NCBI GenBank assembly: GCA_964016885.1
Contig: OZ024740.1
Coordinates: forward strand, 347,324,001 to 347,388,000
Length of the DNA: 64,000 bases
Direction: 5' to 3'
DNA from: Eledone cirrhosa
Taxonomy: Eukaryota
Shown here: positions 1 to 11,255 of the stretch, in pieces
Layout of the letters: every line of letters begins with the position of its first letter
Numbering within the stretch: the first letter of the stretch is position 1
Translations under genes and position numbers: made by a program
Notes under the pieces: model-generated
What the model was told of the DNA's origin: nothing
Database searches by the model: none
The model's input: only the letters and a program-made list of their open reading frames with translations

Positions 1-328
1 TTAGATTTGTACCTTTGATCATTGGGGTGCTTCGAGGTGTTACTAACTATCTCAGTATAATTTCCGAGAAGGTGGGCTTCACAGAAACAGTAAGAGCACA
101 ACTAGCTAGGAAGTTGCAAGTGCAATACATACATGAATGGGACTATAAAATCATGGAAGTCATTTCAGAAATTCAGTATGTAATAACTGCACATACAAAA
201 GTGTGGATGTAAATTCAAATGCACGTCTACACATATAACACAAGCCATACAGATCAACACATGCAATAACATCCATACCTGCACGTGCACACACATGCAG
301 GCATACATGCGAATTTACATAGTTTATA

Positions 329-405
329 CAGGGTGCCCCAAAAATATATGCACATATTTATTAGAATGGTGTTGAAATGGGTATACATTTTTTGGAGACA
401 ACCTG
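329..405. mobile_element. Tc1/mariner-type MITE (~77 bp)
   Basis: TA-CAGGGTGCCCCAAAAA ... TTTTTGGAGACAACCTG-TA: imperfect terminal inverted repeats with TA on both sides. Confidence 0.6.
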
Positions 406-486
406 TATTTAAATTTCAATGAAAACGTTTTGTTTCCATGTTAGAAATCGGCTCTCACTCTATTGGTGAGAATTCATAAAATAATT

Positions 487-666
487 CTTTCTACGTTTGG
501 CACAAGGCCAGCAATTACCCAGTGCATTACTGGTACTTTATTTTATCGACCCCGTAAGGATGAAAGGCAAAGTTAACCTCGGCAGGATTTGAACTCAGAT
601 CAGAAAGGGGCGTAACTCTGTGCTACAAAGCATGTTGTCCGCCCCTCTACCGATACTGCCAAACCA
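487..666 (-). mobile_element. tRNA-derived SINE, copy 1
   Basis: B-box GAGTTCAAATCC on the minus strand; body shared with copies at 10548, 44051 and 63562. Confidence 0.85.
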
Positions 667-1140
667 AATAAAACCAGAACATGTATACATACATACATGC
701 TTACATACATACATACATAATACATACATGCTTACATACATACATGGTGGCTGCCTACTCGTTTTCGAGTACGGCCACTACTTTATATCCATGTAGGAGA
801 ACCCCTACCGATGCGCTGAACGAGTGTGACTTTTTAGTACAGCCAGCGACTTGAAAACTCTGGTACAAACACTACACTTGTGACAATTACTGACACATAG
901 TGCTGGGCCCATTGACAAGTGCAGAGAGATCTCCAGATATAAAGCAATGCCTGTGCCGTGAAGCTTTTATAGTGAGCAAAGGCACTGCACAAAGCCTGTC
1001 CCACTCTCTTAAGCAAGATGATATTTACCAAAAAGAACACGTCAACATCATTGGATACCATCAGGGTTGCAGGTGTTATATCAGAGTTTTCCTTCTCCTA
1101 GAATTCTGCCTTGACAAAGGCTAAGGGGTCATCTCTCCCA

Positions 1141-1270
1141 TATATATATATATACATACATGCATACATACATACATACATACATACATACATACATACA
1201 TACATACATACATACATACATACATACATACATACATACATGCATGCATACATACATACATACATACATA
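1141..1270. repeat. (TA)n/(TACA)n microsatellite
   Basis: direct reading. Confidence 0.95.
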
Positions 1271-1690
1271 AAAACTGCCACCAAATTAAAGCACAACCGG
1301 CCTGATATTGTAGTTTGGGACCACACATTGAAAACGTGTTCTGTTGTGGAGATCAGCTGCCCACTTGATGTAAACGTTGTCAGAAAAATACAGGAGAAGG
1401 AGGACATCTACGGACCATTGATGAGGAGTTTACAAATCCAGTATCCAAGATACACCTTTAGCTTCATACCCATCATTATTGGTGCTACGGGTTATATACC
1501 AACCCGCTTGGACCAAAGTATGACTGAACTTGGATTTGCGGACAAAAAGCGCAGCTCCCTAATTCATAGTCTACAAATGGCTGCGATAGCTGGCACCTTC
1601 AAAATTTGCAAAACATTCTCGCGATTCAAGGGATGACAATTTCTTTTCTTTTACAACCTTGCCACCAGGAAGGTGGCCGGTCAAAAAATA
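1270..1690 (+). mobile_element. 5'-truncated R4/Dong-like non-LTR retrotransposon, restriction-like endonuclease (RLE) C-terminus
   Basis: HNRPDIVVWD...VEISCP...EKEDIY...IPIIIGATG is a PD-(D/E)xK RLE domain; stop at 1636; short 3' hairpin GCCACC-AGGAA-GGTGGC; starts directly after (TACA)n. Confidence 0.75.
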
Positions 1691-2544
1691 TACTCAAAAT
1701 TAAGAGAAAGAGAAAACATACATATGGTATTCATCCAGATTTTTTTCTTTTATGCTTGAAACGTTGCTGTTTGTTAACTTTAAATGTAACACTTAAATTA
1801 ACAGCTTGGATTTTTAATGGGAAAGAATCAATCAATAGTTGTTTTACCATTCAACTAGTATAGTCGTCGATTTAATCACGAGCTGTTGCAAATTTCTAAT
1901 TCAAAAGAAAAATAATTAAAGTATGCCAAATAAACTGTTTTTGATTGGATGGGTGTTATGATTGATAAAACAATTTTTTCAAATATATTTTGCTACATGA
2001 TAACATATATAACCTAGTATTATATTGTTAATGATATCAATCGCTCATGCATTGGTTTGCTATAATTTATTGAAAGTGATAAGTAGTAGTCACGAAATGA
2101 AGTAGTAAATATAAAAGAGATATAAACAGCAAAATTTGAATAAGTGGTTACATTTACTATCACCAAAATATCCCACCCAATAATAAAATATCGAATTACA
2201 AATTATTGGTGAGCTGTCAGAAGCAATGGATCATCGAACTAAATGTCTTCAGCGTAATTTCTCGAAGTGTATTTGCTGTTCAAATCAAATAATTATCACA
2301 ATTGACATTCATCCACTCGATACAAAAATTCCCTGTAATATACTGGAGTCGATATATTTTAATAACAATAACCCTCTTATATATATGACCTTGTTACAAT
2401 ACATGAATGCACGGGACAAATAGTGAAATATACTCTGAACTGATAATTGTTCGTTATTCAGTTAAAACATCGCTTGTACTAATAAATCCCAAATACGTGT
2501 ACATATATGCATATAAACTGTTTGTGGATTTAATATATATGTAT

Positions 2545-2583
<39 letters not shown>

Positions 2584-2846
2584 TGTTTCTTTTATTTGCC
2601 ACTAGGGCATTAAAAGTGGGACAAGTACAAAGGGGGGAGTTTACACAAAAAGGCGTCCTCAATAAGGAGGAGGCAATAACAAAATATAAAAATAAAATAA
2701 GATATAACAAAAAATAAAATTTTTAACAAAATCCTCAATAGAGAGGAGGCGCCTTGGGGGTCGCACACACCCCCGAAAAAAGTGTGCAACCCTTATCCTC
2801 AGGAGCACAGAGAAGGGGTGCTCCCTTGGTCTTTCATCTTCCTCAC

Positions 2847-5800
2847 CTATAGTCTGATGTAGAGTGAAGGCCCATTCACACGGGCCATTCTCGCCACTTT
2901 CACCCATCTTTCATAGAAACGGCTGGGGTGCAGCACCTCTCTCTCCATCCTGATCCTTCTTCCGAAATGATATCGGAAGAAACGGACCAGTTGTTGGCCA
3001 GAGAGAAAGGTGCCTGACCTCAGTCCTTTCAGACGCGTCCACCATACAACCTCTTTCGCCATGGCTATTACGCACAGAAACACCGCCTCTGCTTCATCTT
3101 TGAAGGGGGGAGGCGGCTTGATCATTACAATAGACTCGGTGGTCAACCGGATCGGTCCCACCCTTGACAGCAGTTGTTCGACATAGCCCCACAGATCGGC
3201 TACGCCCGAGCAGTGTACCAATGCGTGTGCAACGGTTTCCTCGTCGCACACGCATCTGGGACAGATCTTTTTGGCGGGGTCCCTACCCGGGCGCCCGTGT
3301 CTGTAGAGCCTTTCTCGAACGGGTAAAGCCCCTCGGTAGCACTGCCAGGCCAGGGACTTCTGGAAGTTGTCCATAGGTCCCGGGCTGAATGTCCTACCGA
3401 ACAGGCTGGCCAGTTCGTCCTCCTCCATGTCTAGGGCTTCTCCGAGGGCGTCGTCGCACCTGCTGCGTACCAGCCCTCTATAGAATGTTGCGGTGGAGTC
3501 TCCACTGATAACCGGATCCGCCTGCCAGAGGGCGGTGAGCGCCTGGGCACATTCAGTGTGCCAGGCGCCCAGTTTTCTCGGTCTTTGCTTGACCCAGGAT
3601 TGCAGCTCGGTGAGTGAGACGAGTCTGGGAAAGGTTCGTCTCACAAACGAGGCCCACACCGGTTGTCCGGTGAGGAATACGTAGAGGTGCCGTAGCCTTA
3701 ATGCGTGTTTACGCATCATTAGCCACGGCATCCCCAGCCCTCCTTTCGAAGGGTGTTGACAGCAGATGGATCTCCTCACCATAGGAGCCCGCCTCTTCCA
3801 AAGGAATTGGAAGAGCGCGCGCTCCATCTTGGTGAGGGTTTCCCTTGGGCAGGGCACTACGGTCAGGCGGTAGTAGATGACGGACGCTATGTAGGTGTTC
3901 GCCACCTCCGCCCGACCTTTCAGGGATAGTTTGCAACTGGCCCACTTCTGGGTCAGTGCAAACACCCTGTTCGTAACCTCCGCCCAGTTTTTCTCCACCT
4001 GGAGGTCCGGTCCGAACCAGACCCCGAGCAACTTCACCGGGCCCTCCGTCCAGCGTCCGACGACGCCATCGGAGGGCATCGGTCTGCCCCTCCACGTGCC
4101 GAGTTGCAAACCGATCGACTTGTCCCGGTTCAGCTTAGCCCCTGTGAACTTTTCGTACTCCTCCAGTAAGGTGCCGACCGCCTCGATTTCGGAGGCCGTC
4201 GACACCATTACTGTCACGTCATCGGCGTAGGCCGACACCGCTTTCCGCAATCCCGGTTCCAAAGGGATGCCCTGCAACAACTCCAACTTCCGCAGTAGTG
4301 GCTCGAGAGTCAACACATACAGAAGGGAGGAGAGAGGGCACCCTTGTCGGATGGACCGCGCGATTTTGAAAGGCTCCGAGAGGTAGCCGTTCACCTTGAC
4401 CCTAGAGCAGATGCGGCTGCTGTGCATAGCAGTGATCCAGCCCCTGAAAACGGGTCCGAAGCCTGCCGCCGCTAGCACCGCATCCAGGTAACCATCGTCG
4501 ACCCTATCGAACGCCTTAGATTGATCCAAGTTGATCAGAGCCCCACCAAAGCCGGGTTCGTTCCCAACCCTCTCTATGATGTATCGCATGAGGTGGAGGT
4601 TGTCATGGATGGACCTGGACGGGATAGCGCATGTCTGCGCATCTCCCACCAGGTTGCCCACGACAAGCGCCAACCTCTTTGCTAGCACCTTGGCCAAAAT
4701 CTGTAACTCTGTATTTAGCAGAGTTATGGGCCTGAAGTTACTTATTTCGTCCCCCTTGTTCTCGTCCTTCCTCACTAGCGTGACTACGCCCTTGGTCACA
4801 GTACAGGGAATTCTCCCGTTCTGTTGCCAGTTGCAGTAGACCGCCTCGAGGAGATCGGGGAACAAGTCCGGCATAGCTAGATATAATTCGTAAGGAAGAC
4901 CATCGAGACCCGGGGATTTGCGTTTGCCGCATTGGCTCAGCACGTCCTCTATCTCAGCGGCCGAAATCGGCTCCTCGCAGGACTTCGCCTCCCTGTCCGA
5001 GAGGCGCGGCAGGCCGTCGAGGTATGGACCGAAGTCCACGTTCCCAACCGGCTCCCCGCCCCTCCCGAACAGTCGGGCAAAGTGCCTTTGAAAGGCCTCA
5101 CACATCTGCTTAGGCTCAAGAATCGCCCGTCCATCCAGGTCTCGCAAAGACCGGATGGTGGATTTAGTTCCACTGTTGGCCTCTGTCACGCGGGCCCAGC
5201 TAACAGCTTTGGTCCCCTCGTTCCCTAGAGCACGTATTTTACTTCGGACAACGCAGCCTTCGTGCTTCGCGTCGAAAAACTGGCTCAAAGCCGTTCTCGA
5301 CGCTAGCACTCTGGCCACGTCGCCGCTTCTAATTGCCTCTTCTACTCTATATATTAGCTCCCTTTCCTTCCTATTCCTATCCGCAGCTAGAACCTTACTA
5401 AATTCTATCGAGACTACTCTAATCTCTCTCTTTAGAGATACCCACCACCTGCTGTTGACGATCGCTCCAGTCAACCGTTCCTTAACTAACGTACTAATCC
5501 GATTCCTGTAGGCTCTACTTGCCGGCAAGGACAAGTTGAGCTTCCAGTAACCGGGGCCCTGTCTATGAGTTCTGTCAAGGTTGACCATGCAGGTCACTAA
5601 TTTGTGGTCTGAATAGCCAACCATGCGCATTTTTGGACAACTTAAAAAGTCCTTATCCTTAATTCTAACTAAGAACCTATCTAGGTACGACCTAGATGAT
5701 CCGCTACGATTTGCCCAAGTCCAGGTTGGCGCAGTCGGAAAATCTAGTCGATATCTATCGGCCAGGTCAAATCGACCGATTAACCCTTTGAGGCTATTAC

Positions 5801-6284
5801 ACCCCTCTCTATCGGGGCAGGCCCCTACGTAGTCCCAGCGTGCATCTAGGATACCATTCCAGTCCCCCACTAATAGCAAGGAGCGGGACGTCCCTAGAAA
5901 AGTCTCCAGACGATGGAAGAAGTCCGGCCGCATTGACCCGAAAGGGCCGTAGGCGGCTACCAGCCTAAACGCTCCGCCTTTACCACTGCCAAGGTCCAGA
6001 ACCACTAGTCGACCCTCCGGGTCCAAATGTACCATCTGTGTTGCGAGACCCAGATGTTTTTGCAGCAGAACGACAACTCCACCCCCACCTCCGGGCTGAC
6101 AGAGAGATGCGTGCATCTCAAAGTCATCAAAGGTGGGGGCCAGCTGTCGCACGTTGCTGATCCGGGCCTCGCAAATAACCATCACATCTATACGTTGTGA
6201 CCTGAGGTCATTTAGAAGCATTGCTTGCTTCCAAGTTGAGCCCAGGCCACGCGCATTTAAACAGCCTACTCTTAGCTTAGCCAT
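2847..6284 (-). CDS. LINE ORF2: apurinic-like endonuclease + reverse transcriptase + C-terminal Cys/His knuckle
   Basis: LNARGL, GDWN, SYLDRF, SDH (APE); KSPGLDGLP, FRPITLLN, DQSKAFDRV, QGCPLS, YADD (RT); CPRC..ETVAHALVHC. First ATG at 6284; frame open from 6308. Confidence 0.95.
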   Translation of the reverse strand: MAKLRVGCLNARGLGSTWKQAMLLNDLRSQRIDVMVICEARISNVRQLAPTFDDFEMHASLCQPGGGGGVVVLLQKHLGLATQMVHLDPEGRLVVLDLGSGKGGAFRLVAAYGPFGSMRPDFFHRLETFLGTSRSLLLVGDWNGILDARWDYVGACPDREGCNSLKGLIGRFDLADRYRLDFPTAPTWTWANRSGSSRSYLDRFLVRIKDKDFLSCPKMRMVGYSDHKLVTCMVNLDRTHRQGPGYWKLNLSLPASRAYRNRISTLVKERLTGAIVNSRWWVSLKREIRVVSIEFSKVLAADRNRKERELIYRVEEAIRSGDVARVLASRTALSQFFDAKHEGCVVRSKIRALGNEGTKAVSWARVTEANSGTKSTIRSLRDLDGRAILEPKQMCEAFQRHFARLFGRGGEPVGNVDFGPYLDGLPRLSDREAKSCEEPISAAEIEDVLSQCGKRKSPGLDGLPYELYLAMPDLFPDLLEAVYCNWQQNGRIPCTVTKGVVTLVRKDENKGDEISNFRPITLLNTELQILAKVLAKRLALVVGNLVGDAQTCAIPSRSIHDNLHLMRYIIERVGNEPGFGGALINLDQSKAFDRVDDGYLDAVLAAAGFGPVFRGWITAMHSSRICSRVKVNGYLSEPFKIARSIRQGCPLSSLLYVLTLEPLLRKLELLQGIPLEPGLRKAVSAYADDVTVMVSTASEIEAVGTLLEEYEKFTGAKLNRDKSIGLQLGTWRGRPMPSDGVVGRWTEGPVKLLGVWFGPDLQVEKNWAEVTNRVFALTQKWASCKLSLKGRAEVANTYIASVIYYRLTVVPCPRETLTKMERALFQFLWKRRAPMVRRSICCQHPSKGGLGMPWLMMRKHALRLRHLYVFLTGQPVWASFVRRTFPRLVSLTELQSWVKQRPRKLGAWHTECAQALTALWQADPVISGDSTATFYRGLVRSRCDDALGEALDMEEDELASLFGRTFSPGPMDNFQKSLAWQCYRGALPVRERLYRHGRPGRDPAKKICPRCVCDEETVAHALVHCSGVADLWGYVEQLLSRVGPIRLTTESIVMIKPPPPFKDEAEAVFLCVIAMAKEVVWWTRLKGLRSGTFLSGQQLVRFFRYHFGRRIRMEREVLHPSRFYERWVKVARMARVNGPSLYIRL

Positions 6285-6308
6285 GTTGGTGGTGAAGAGA
6301 AAAGGCAC

Positions 6309-6644
6309 TTACCGCTCTGCGTCCCGGGTATCGGGCTGCACAATTTCCATTAGGGTGGGGGATGGGTTGTTGGGTGGGGTGGTGGTTTGTGGAAGTGTGG
6401 GGGCATCAGTGTGTTGTGTGGTTGGGGAGCTTGGAGTTGTGTGGGTGTTTGGGGAGGGGGTGGGATAGTTTTTTAGGAGGACGCGGTTAATGGACCCGAC
6501 GCAGGGGGGACCCACGTCCTCTTTAAAATTGTTTTTTAAAGTTTTATAGGTGTCCTGTGGGGCCTTAATCATTTTGAGGTGGGGGAAATCCCCTGCCTGG
6601 GTGAAGTTAGGCCCTTGTGTTTTTATTAGATTGTTGTTGTACAC
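6309..6644 (-). CDS. short upstream ORF or ORF1 remnant of the Tx1 element
   Basis: 111-aa frame whose stop abuts the ORF2 frame; weak similarity to the region upstream of the decayed copy (about 35705-35780); no RRM or zinc knuckle visible. Confidence 0.35.
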   Translation of the reverse strand: MYNNNLIKTQGPNFTQAGDFPHLKMIKAPQDTYKTLKNNFKEDVGPPCVGSINRVLLKNYPTPSPNTHTTPSSPTTQHTDAPTLPQTTTPPNNPSPTLMEIVQPDTRDAER

Positions 6645-6689
6645 AATAGATAGATATATAGATAGATAGATAGATTGATAGATAGATAG

Positions 6690-6738
<49 letters not shown>

Positions 6739-6914
6739 TGTAGGTAGGTAAATATAAAAGTAGATAGATATTGACGTTATGTTTATATATATAATAAGAG
6801 GTTAACGGGACTAGCATAAGGTTTCCCTGCTAGTAGTGGTTACATCTCAGCGTACTCAATAAGTAAGGTTGTATATATGAGTAGACACATACTTATATAT
6901 GTAAGTAAACCGAT

Positions 6915-7065
6915 ACGTACATATATATATGTGTGCATGTATGTATATATATATACATACTACTCTACGTCTGTATTCATATATGTATGTACGTATACAT
7001 ACATACATACTTACATTTAAGTAAGTGCCGTACTAAGAGTGAGAAATGAAATTTCGTTTCATTCT
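6915..7065 (+). repeat. fragment of the tandem HHR family J (see 40583-42005)
   Basis: shares TACTCTACGTCTGTAT...CCGTACTAAGAGTGAGAAATGAAATTTCGTTTCATT with the J units. Confidence 0.75.
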
Positions 7066-7250
7066 ATTCAATTTATATATATATATATTTATATATATTG
7101 TTATGCTTTGGGAGGGTCATGTTGCCAATAAGAAACACACGCACCAGTTGCTTTCACTCCAATTTATTATAAATTAAATTTATAAATTTAAGAATTTATA
7201 AATTACCGGTTGGTTGGTTGGTTCTATAACCGGACGGTTGTTCATATATT

Positions 7251-7293
7251 GCCAAAGTTCTTTCGTCACACATTATGTGACCTCTTCAGTGAC
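7251..7293 (-). ncRNA. type I hammerhead ribozyme (family A, left arm)
   Basis: gtca CTGAAGA g gtcaca-taatg-tgtgac GAAA gaac TT tggc. Confidence 0.7.
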
Positions 7294-7518
7294 TGGGGAT
7301 TATTTTCTTTGTTTTGTGCCTCTCCGTTGTTCTGTCCTACGCCATCTTGTTTGTGTGTGTGTTGTGTGCTTAGTTTGCGCATGTGTTACATCAGGGTGTC
7401 TGTGTGTATTTTTATTTGTTTATTTATTTGTTTAACACATACGCAAACTAAGCACACAGAAACAAGTTGGCGTAGGACAGAACAAATGAGAGGCACAAAA
7501 CAAAGAAAAGAATCCCCA

Positions 7519-7561
7519 GTCACTGAAGAGGTCAGATAATGTGTGGCGAAAGAACTTTGAC
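7519..7561 (+). ncRNA. type I hammerhead ribozyme (family A, right arm)
   Basis: gtca CTGAAGA ggtca...tggc GAAA gaac TT tgac; stem I gtca/tgac; minimal stem III. Confidence 0.7.
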
Positions 7562-7777
7562 AATATATGAACAACCGTCCGGTTATGGAACTAACCAACC
7601 AACCAACTGGGAATTTATAAATTCTTAAATTTATGAATTTAAATTATAATAAATTGGAGTGAAAGCAACTGGTGCGTGTATTTCTTATTGGCAACATGAC
7701 CCTCCCAAAGCATAACAATATCGTTTCAACACACGTTTTCAGATAAAGAATCTTGCTAAACAAATTCAGAAACGAAA

Positions 7778-7857
<80 letters not shown>

Positions 7858-8346
7858 TAGTAGTATAAATTATAATACAATAGACCTTTACTTAATCACT
7901 ATAATTCATTTTACATTTTGTAAATATTTAATATTCATAAATATTCCTTTTCAAATTTTACCTGTCAAATAATTGTTTCATTGCTTCCTTCAAACGTTTT
8001 TCAATATATCTTTATTAAAGAATTGCATATCATTGGTAAATGGTATCCACCCTATGATTATATTACCAAAAATTCGTACGAAACTTAGTTCTAATCGAAT
8101 ATCAATTTAGAGGTTCGTTGGGAGAATATAGAAAAATTTTATTATAAAATGTATACTTCTGTGGAATAAATCTATTAAATACTGTCAACGATGTGGAGAT
8201 GTGTATAGCGATACATTTTTCAGACGATATGCTTTCAAGTCACTATTAAAGAACTTCATTTAGCAAGAAAAATTCAATGGAAAAATTAATGTCTTCACAC
8301 CTTCACATTCTTGACTTCTATAAACATTGTCATCGTCGAAATTGTT

Positions 8347-8387
<41 letters not shown>

Positions 8388-8389
<2 letters not shown>

Positions 8390-8658
8390 CGAAGGAGATG
8401 TGGTAAGGAACCATGTGGACCATAACGCACCAAAGTACTCAATACTTAGGGTCGTAGAGTGGGTAATAGGAACGAGTAGGACCCCGACGGCTGAGCTCAA
8501 GCCGTTTCGACGGCTAATTCGAGTCCAGAATTAGCCGTCGAAACGGCTTGAGCTCAGCCGTCGGGGTCTTACTTGTTCCTATTACCCACTGTACTACCCT
8601 AAGTATTGAGTACTTTGGTGCGTTATGGTCCACCTGGTTCCTTACCACATTTCCTTCG

Positions 8659-8660
<2 letters not shown>
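8388..8660. mobile_element. fold-back element family C: near-perfect hairpin with two HHR 3' halves
   Basis: about 133-bp arms around loop GAGTCCA (8521-8527); each strand reads GAAAC-ggct-tgagctc-agcc-GTC; flanked by (TA)n; other copies at 52468 and 63875. Confidence 0.8.
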
Positions 8661-8755
<95 letters not shown>

Positions 8756-8879
8756 TATATACATGTATGTCTATCTATATAAAACCTACATACAATACAT
8801 ATATATATGTATATGCTAATATATATATATACTCATATATATATATATATATGTATATAAATATAAACATATGCATACG

Positions 8880-8918
<39 letters not shown>

Positions 8919-9499
8919 TTACGATAAAACTTTTAATCTGACGTCCTTTATATTCACTTCACAATAGGAGCCCTAACCTGCCATCAGCCACCAGCGAACA
9001 CGTTTACATACCACTGACTTGAATAATGAGGTCGTGTAGAAGCCATAGATTGAGAATCTTAAAGTGCCATATCATTGAAGGACAAGATGAAGCACTGAAG
9101 GGTTTTGGCGTGTCTTCTAACTGATTAAGTGCTAACAAAAGCACCACAAATTCTTCATCTTCACCAGAAGTGAATAGAATCAAAGATACGGAAGAAATAG
9201 TGGGCTTGGGCATTCAGATCTCTGTAAGATTACAAAGAAAAAATATCATAAAATATAATCAATAAGATAAAAGAAAAAATAAACAAATAATGCCTTGCTA
9301 GAGCACTTATGAGCTTTCTTTTTTGTATGTTTAGGGTGAGGCTCTATCAATTTCTTTGGAGGTGTTCTGTGTTATTTCCTTTGACACTTTTATTTACGGT
9401 GTCTCCAGCTAATCTCATCTTCGTACATACAGTTGGAAAGTAAGGAGACAGATATTAGAACCCAGTCTGAATAAGAATAATAAGAGGACGAAGGCGATC

Positions 9500-9565
9500 A
9501 CAGTGATGGCGATGATGATGACGATAATGGTGGTGATGATGATGATGTTGATGATGATGATAATT

Positions 9566-9605
<40 letters not shown>

Positions 9606-9612
9606 CGGTGAC
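9500..9612. repeat. (GAT)n microsatellite
   Basis: direct reading. Confidence 0.95.
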
Positions 9613-9770
9613 GAAAGACAAGATAATCTGAATACAAGGAAGATATCCAGGCACAAATAAAACTTGCACAAACACAAAGAAAAGCACCCACACGGACGCA
9701 CGCATAAATATAACGCTAGTACTAACACACACACACATTTGAATATAAAAACTCACTCACACACACACAC

Positions 9771-9860
<90 letters not shown>

Positions 9861-9944
9861 ATGATTTAAATTGATACATCATATACATATATATATACAT
9901 ATATACATATACATGCACACCCACATATATATATGTGTGTGTGA

Positions 9945-9993
<49 letters not shown>

Positions 9994-10253
9994 ACGAGAT
10001 AGAGAGGGCGGAGGGATTATTACACTTGCTGTTTAATATAAAGCGAATGTATACAGAATATCATCTCTTCAAGACTGCATTGAGTTCTAAAAATCTTATC
10101 GACCCTACCAAAAACAGGTGGATACCAATAGAACACGATGTGGTCTGGAAGAGAAGATTTCAACGGGATTAGGCTTTGAGTGCTATAGCTTTTGTGGAAG
10201 GCTCTCATCGCCTAATGTTTCCTCAAAGATTCTACTCAAGCTAGAGATACATT

Positions 10254-10306
<53 letters not shown>

Positions 10307-10338
10307 AAAATAATCAGTACTGCATCCATCAATATATA

Positions 10339-11255
10339 TATATGTCGGCGTACAAGGCGACCTTTCAACCTTAAAAATCCCCCCCCCCCCGCACCGCAAA
10401 AGTAAATTCGTCTTATACTCCAGGTTTAGTTTATAGTAGGTTGTTTAGCATGGGAGGTTTTTTTACGGTAGGCTAAACCCTGCCTTGGTAACTATCGACA
10501 CAAATATTTTCTACTGAAACAACTTAATTCCCATTATAATAAAATAATTGTTTCTACTTTAGGCACAAGGCCAGCGTTTATCCAGTGCATTACTGGTACT
10601 TTATTTTATCGACCCCGTAAGGATGAAAGGCAAAGTCAACCTCGGCGGGATTTGAACTCAGATCGGAAAGGACGTAACTATGCTTGAAAGAATGGCGTCC
10701 GACCCTCTACCGATACTGCCAATCCACCGCCATATAATAAATTAAAAAATGTGTAGTGTAATGAATGTACTCTTACCTTATATAATATGTGGTATGATTG
10801 CACGGTAATAATAAAACGCATATTTGTCAAGAGAGAAATCCAAATCCATCGTCACACACTGTAAACAAAACAAATACTAGCTTTGGATCATTTAAACCAC
10901 TTTGCCTAACAGGCCGCTCTGGCAAGGCGTTCAGGAAAAAAGATGTTTACGGTAATAATTCAAGGAATAGACTGGTAAATACAAGAAATAAATCGGCAAT
11001 CATTGTTTAGCATGATAGCCAGTTCCTGTCGGCACGTGGCGTGGTGTGCGGGATCTCACTTTGTTACTAGTATTATCCGGGGTAACATTATTAGAAACCA
11101 GCTATCAAAAGACCCTCATCAATACAATACATTTTAAAATACGATTGGGTGCGGTCGTCTTTTTCGGCCAATATTGCTCAAAACCTACTTTTTAATTTGA
11201 AAATTTGGGGCTGGTCTTATACGACCAGTCGCCTTGTACGCCAACATATGCGGTA
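10339..11255. mobile_element. non-autonomous DNA transposon (Tc1/pogo-like termini) interrupted by a SINE
   Basis: TATGTCGGCGTACAAGGCGAC (10341-10361) is the reverse complement of GTCGCCTTGTACGCCAACATA (11228-11248) with 1 mismatch; right end reads CGGTA. Confidence 0.55.
10548..10731 (-). mobile_element. tRNA-derived SINE, copy 2
   Basis: same body and B-box as copy 1. Confidence 0.85.

Larger units (their letters stand above)
2586..6646 (-). mobile_element. Tx1/L1-clade LINE, apparently intact, inserted in a (TATC)n microsatellite
   Basis: GC-rich block with intact ORF2; AATAAA near the 3' end; (GATA)n tracts on both flanks (about 2545-2582 and 6647-6690). Confidence 0.88.
7095..7782 (+). 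mobile_element. PLE-derived fold-back element, family A
   Basis: inverted arms about 7095-7387 and 7433-7720, unpaired 3' tail to 7782, (TA)n on both sides; same family at 50222-50845 carries a GIY-YIG C-terminus. Confidence 0.85.

Noticed and set aside
487-666. tRNA genes at the B-box-containing repeats
   Set aside because: No cloverleaf evident; four diverged copies share a non-tRNA body and two have clear TSDs, so they are SINEs.
3164-6468. Plus-strand and alternate-frame ORFs overlapping the Tx1 ORF2
   Set aside because: Shadow ORFs of a GC-rich coding sequence with no recognisable motifs.
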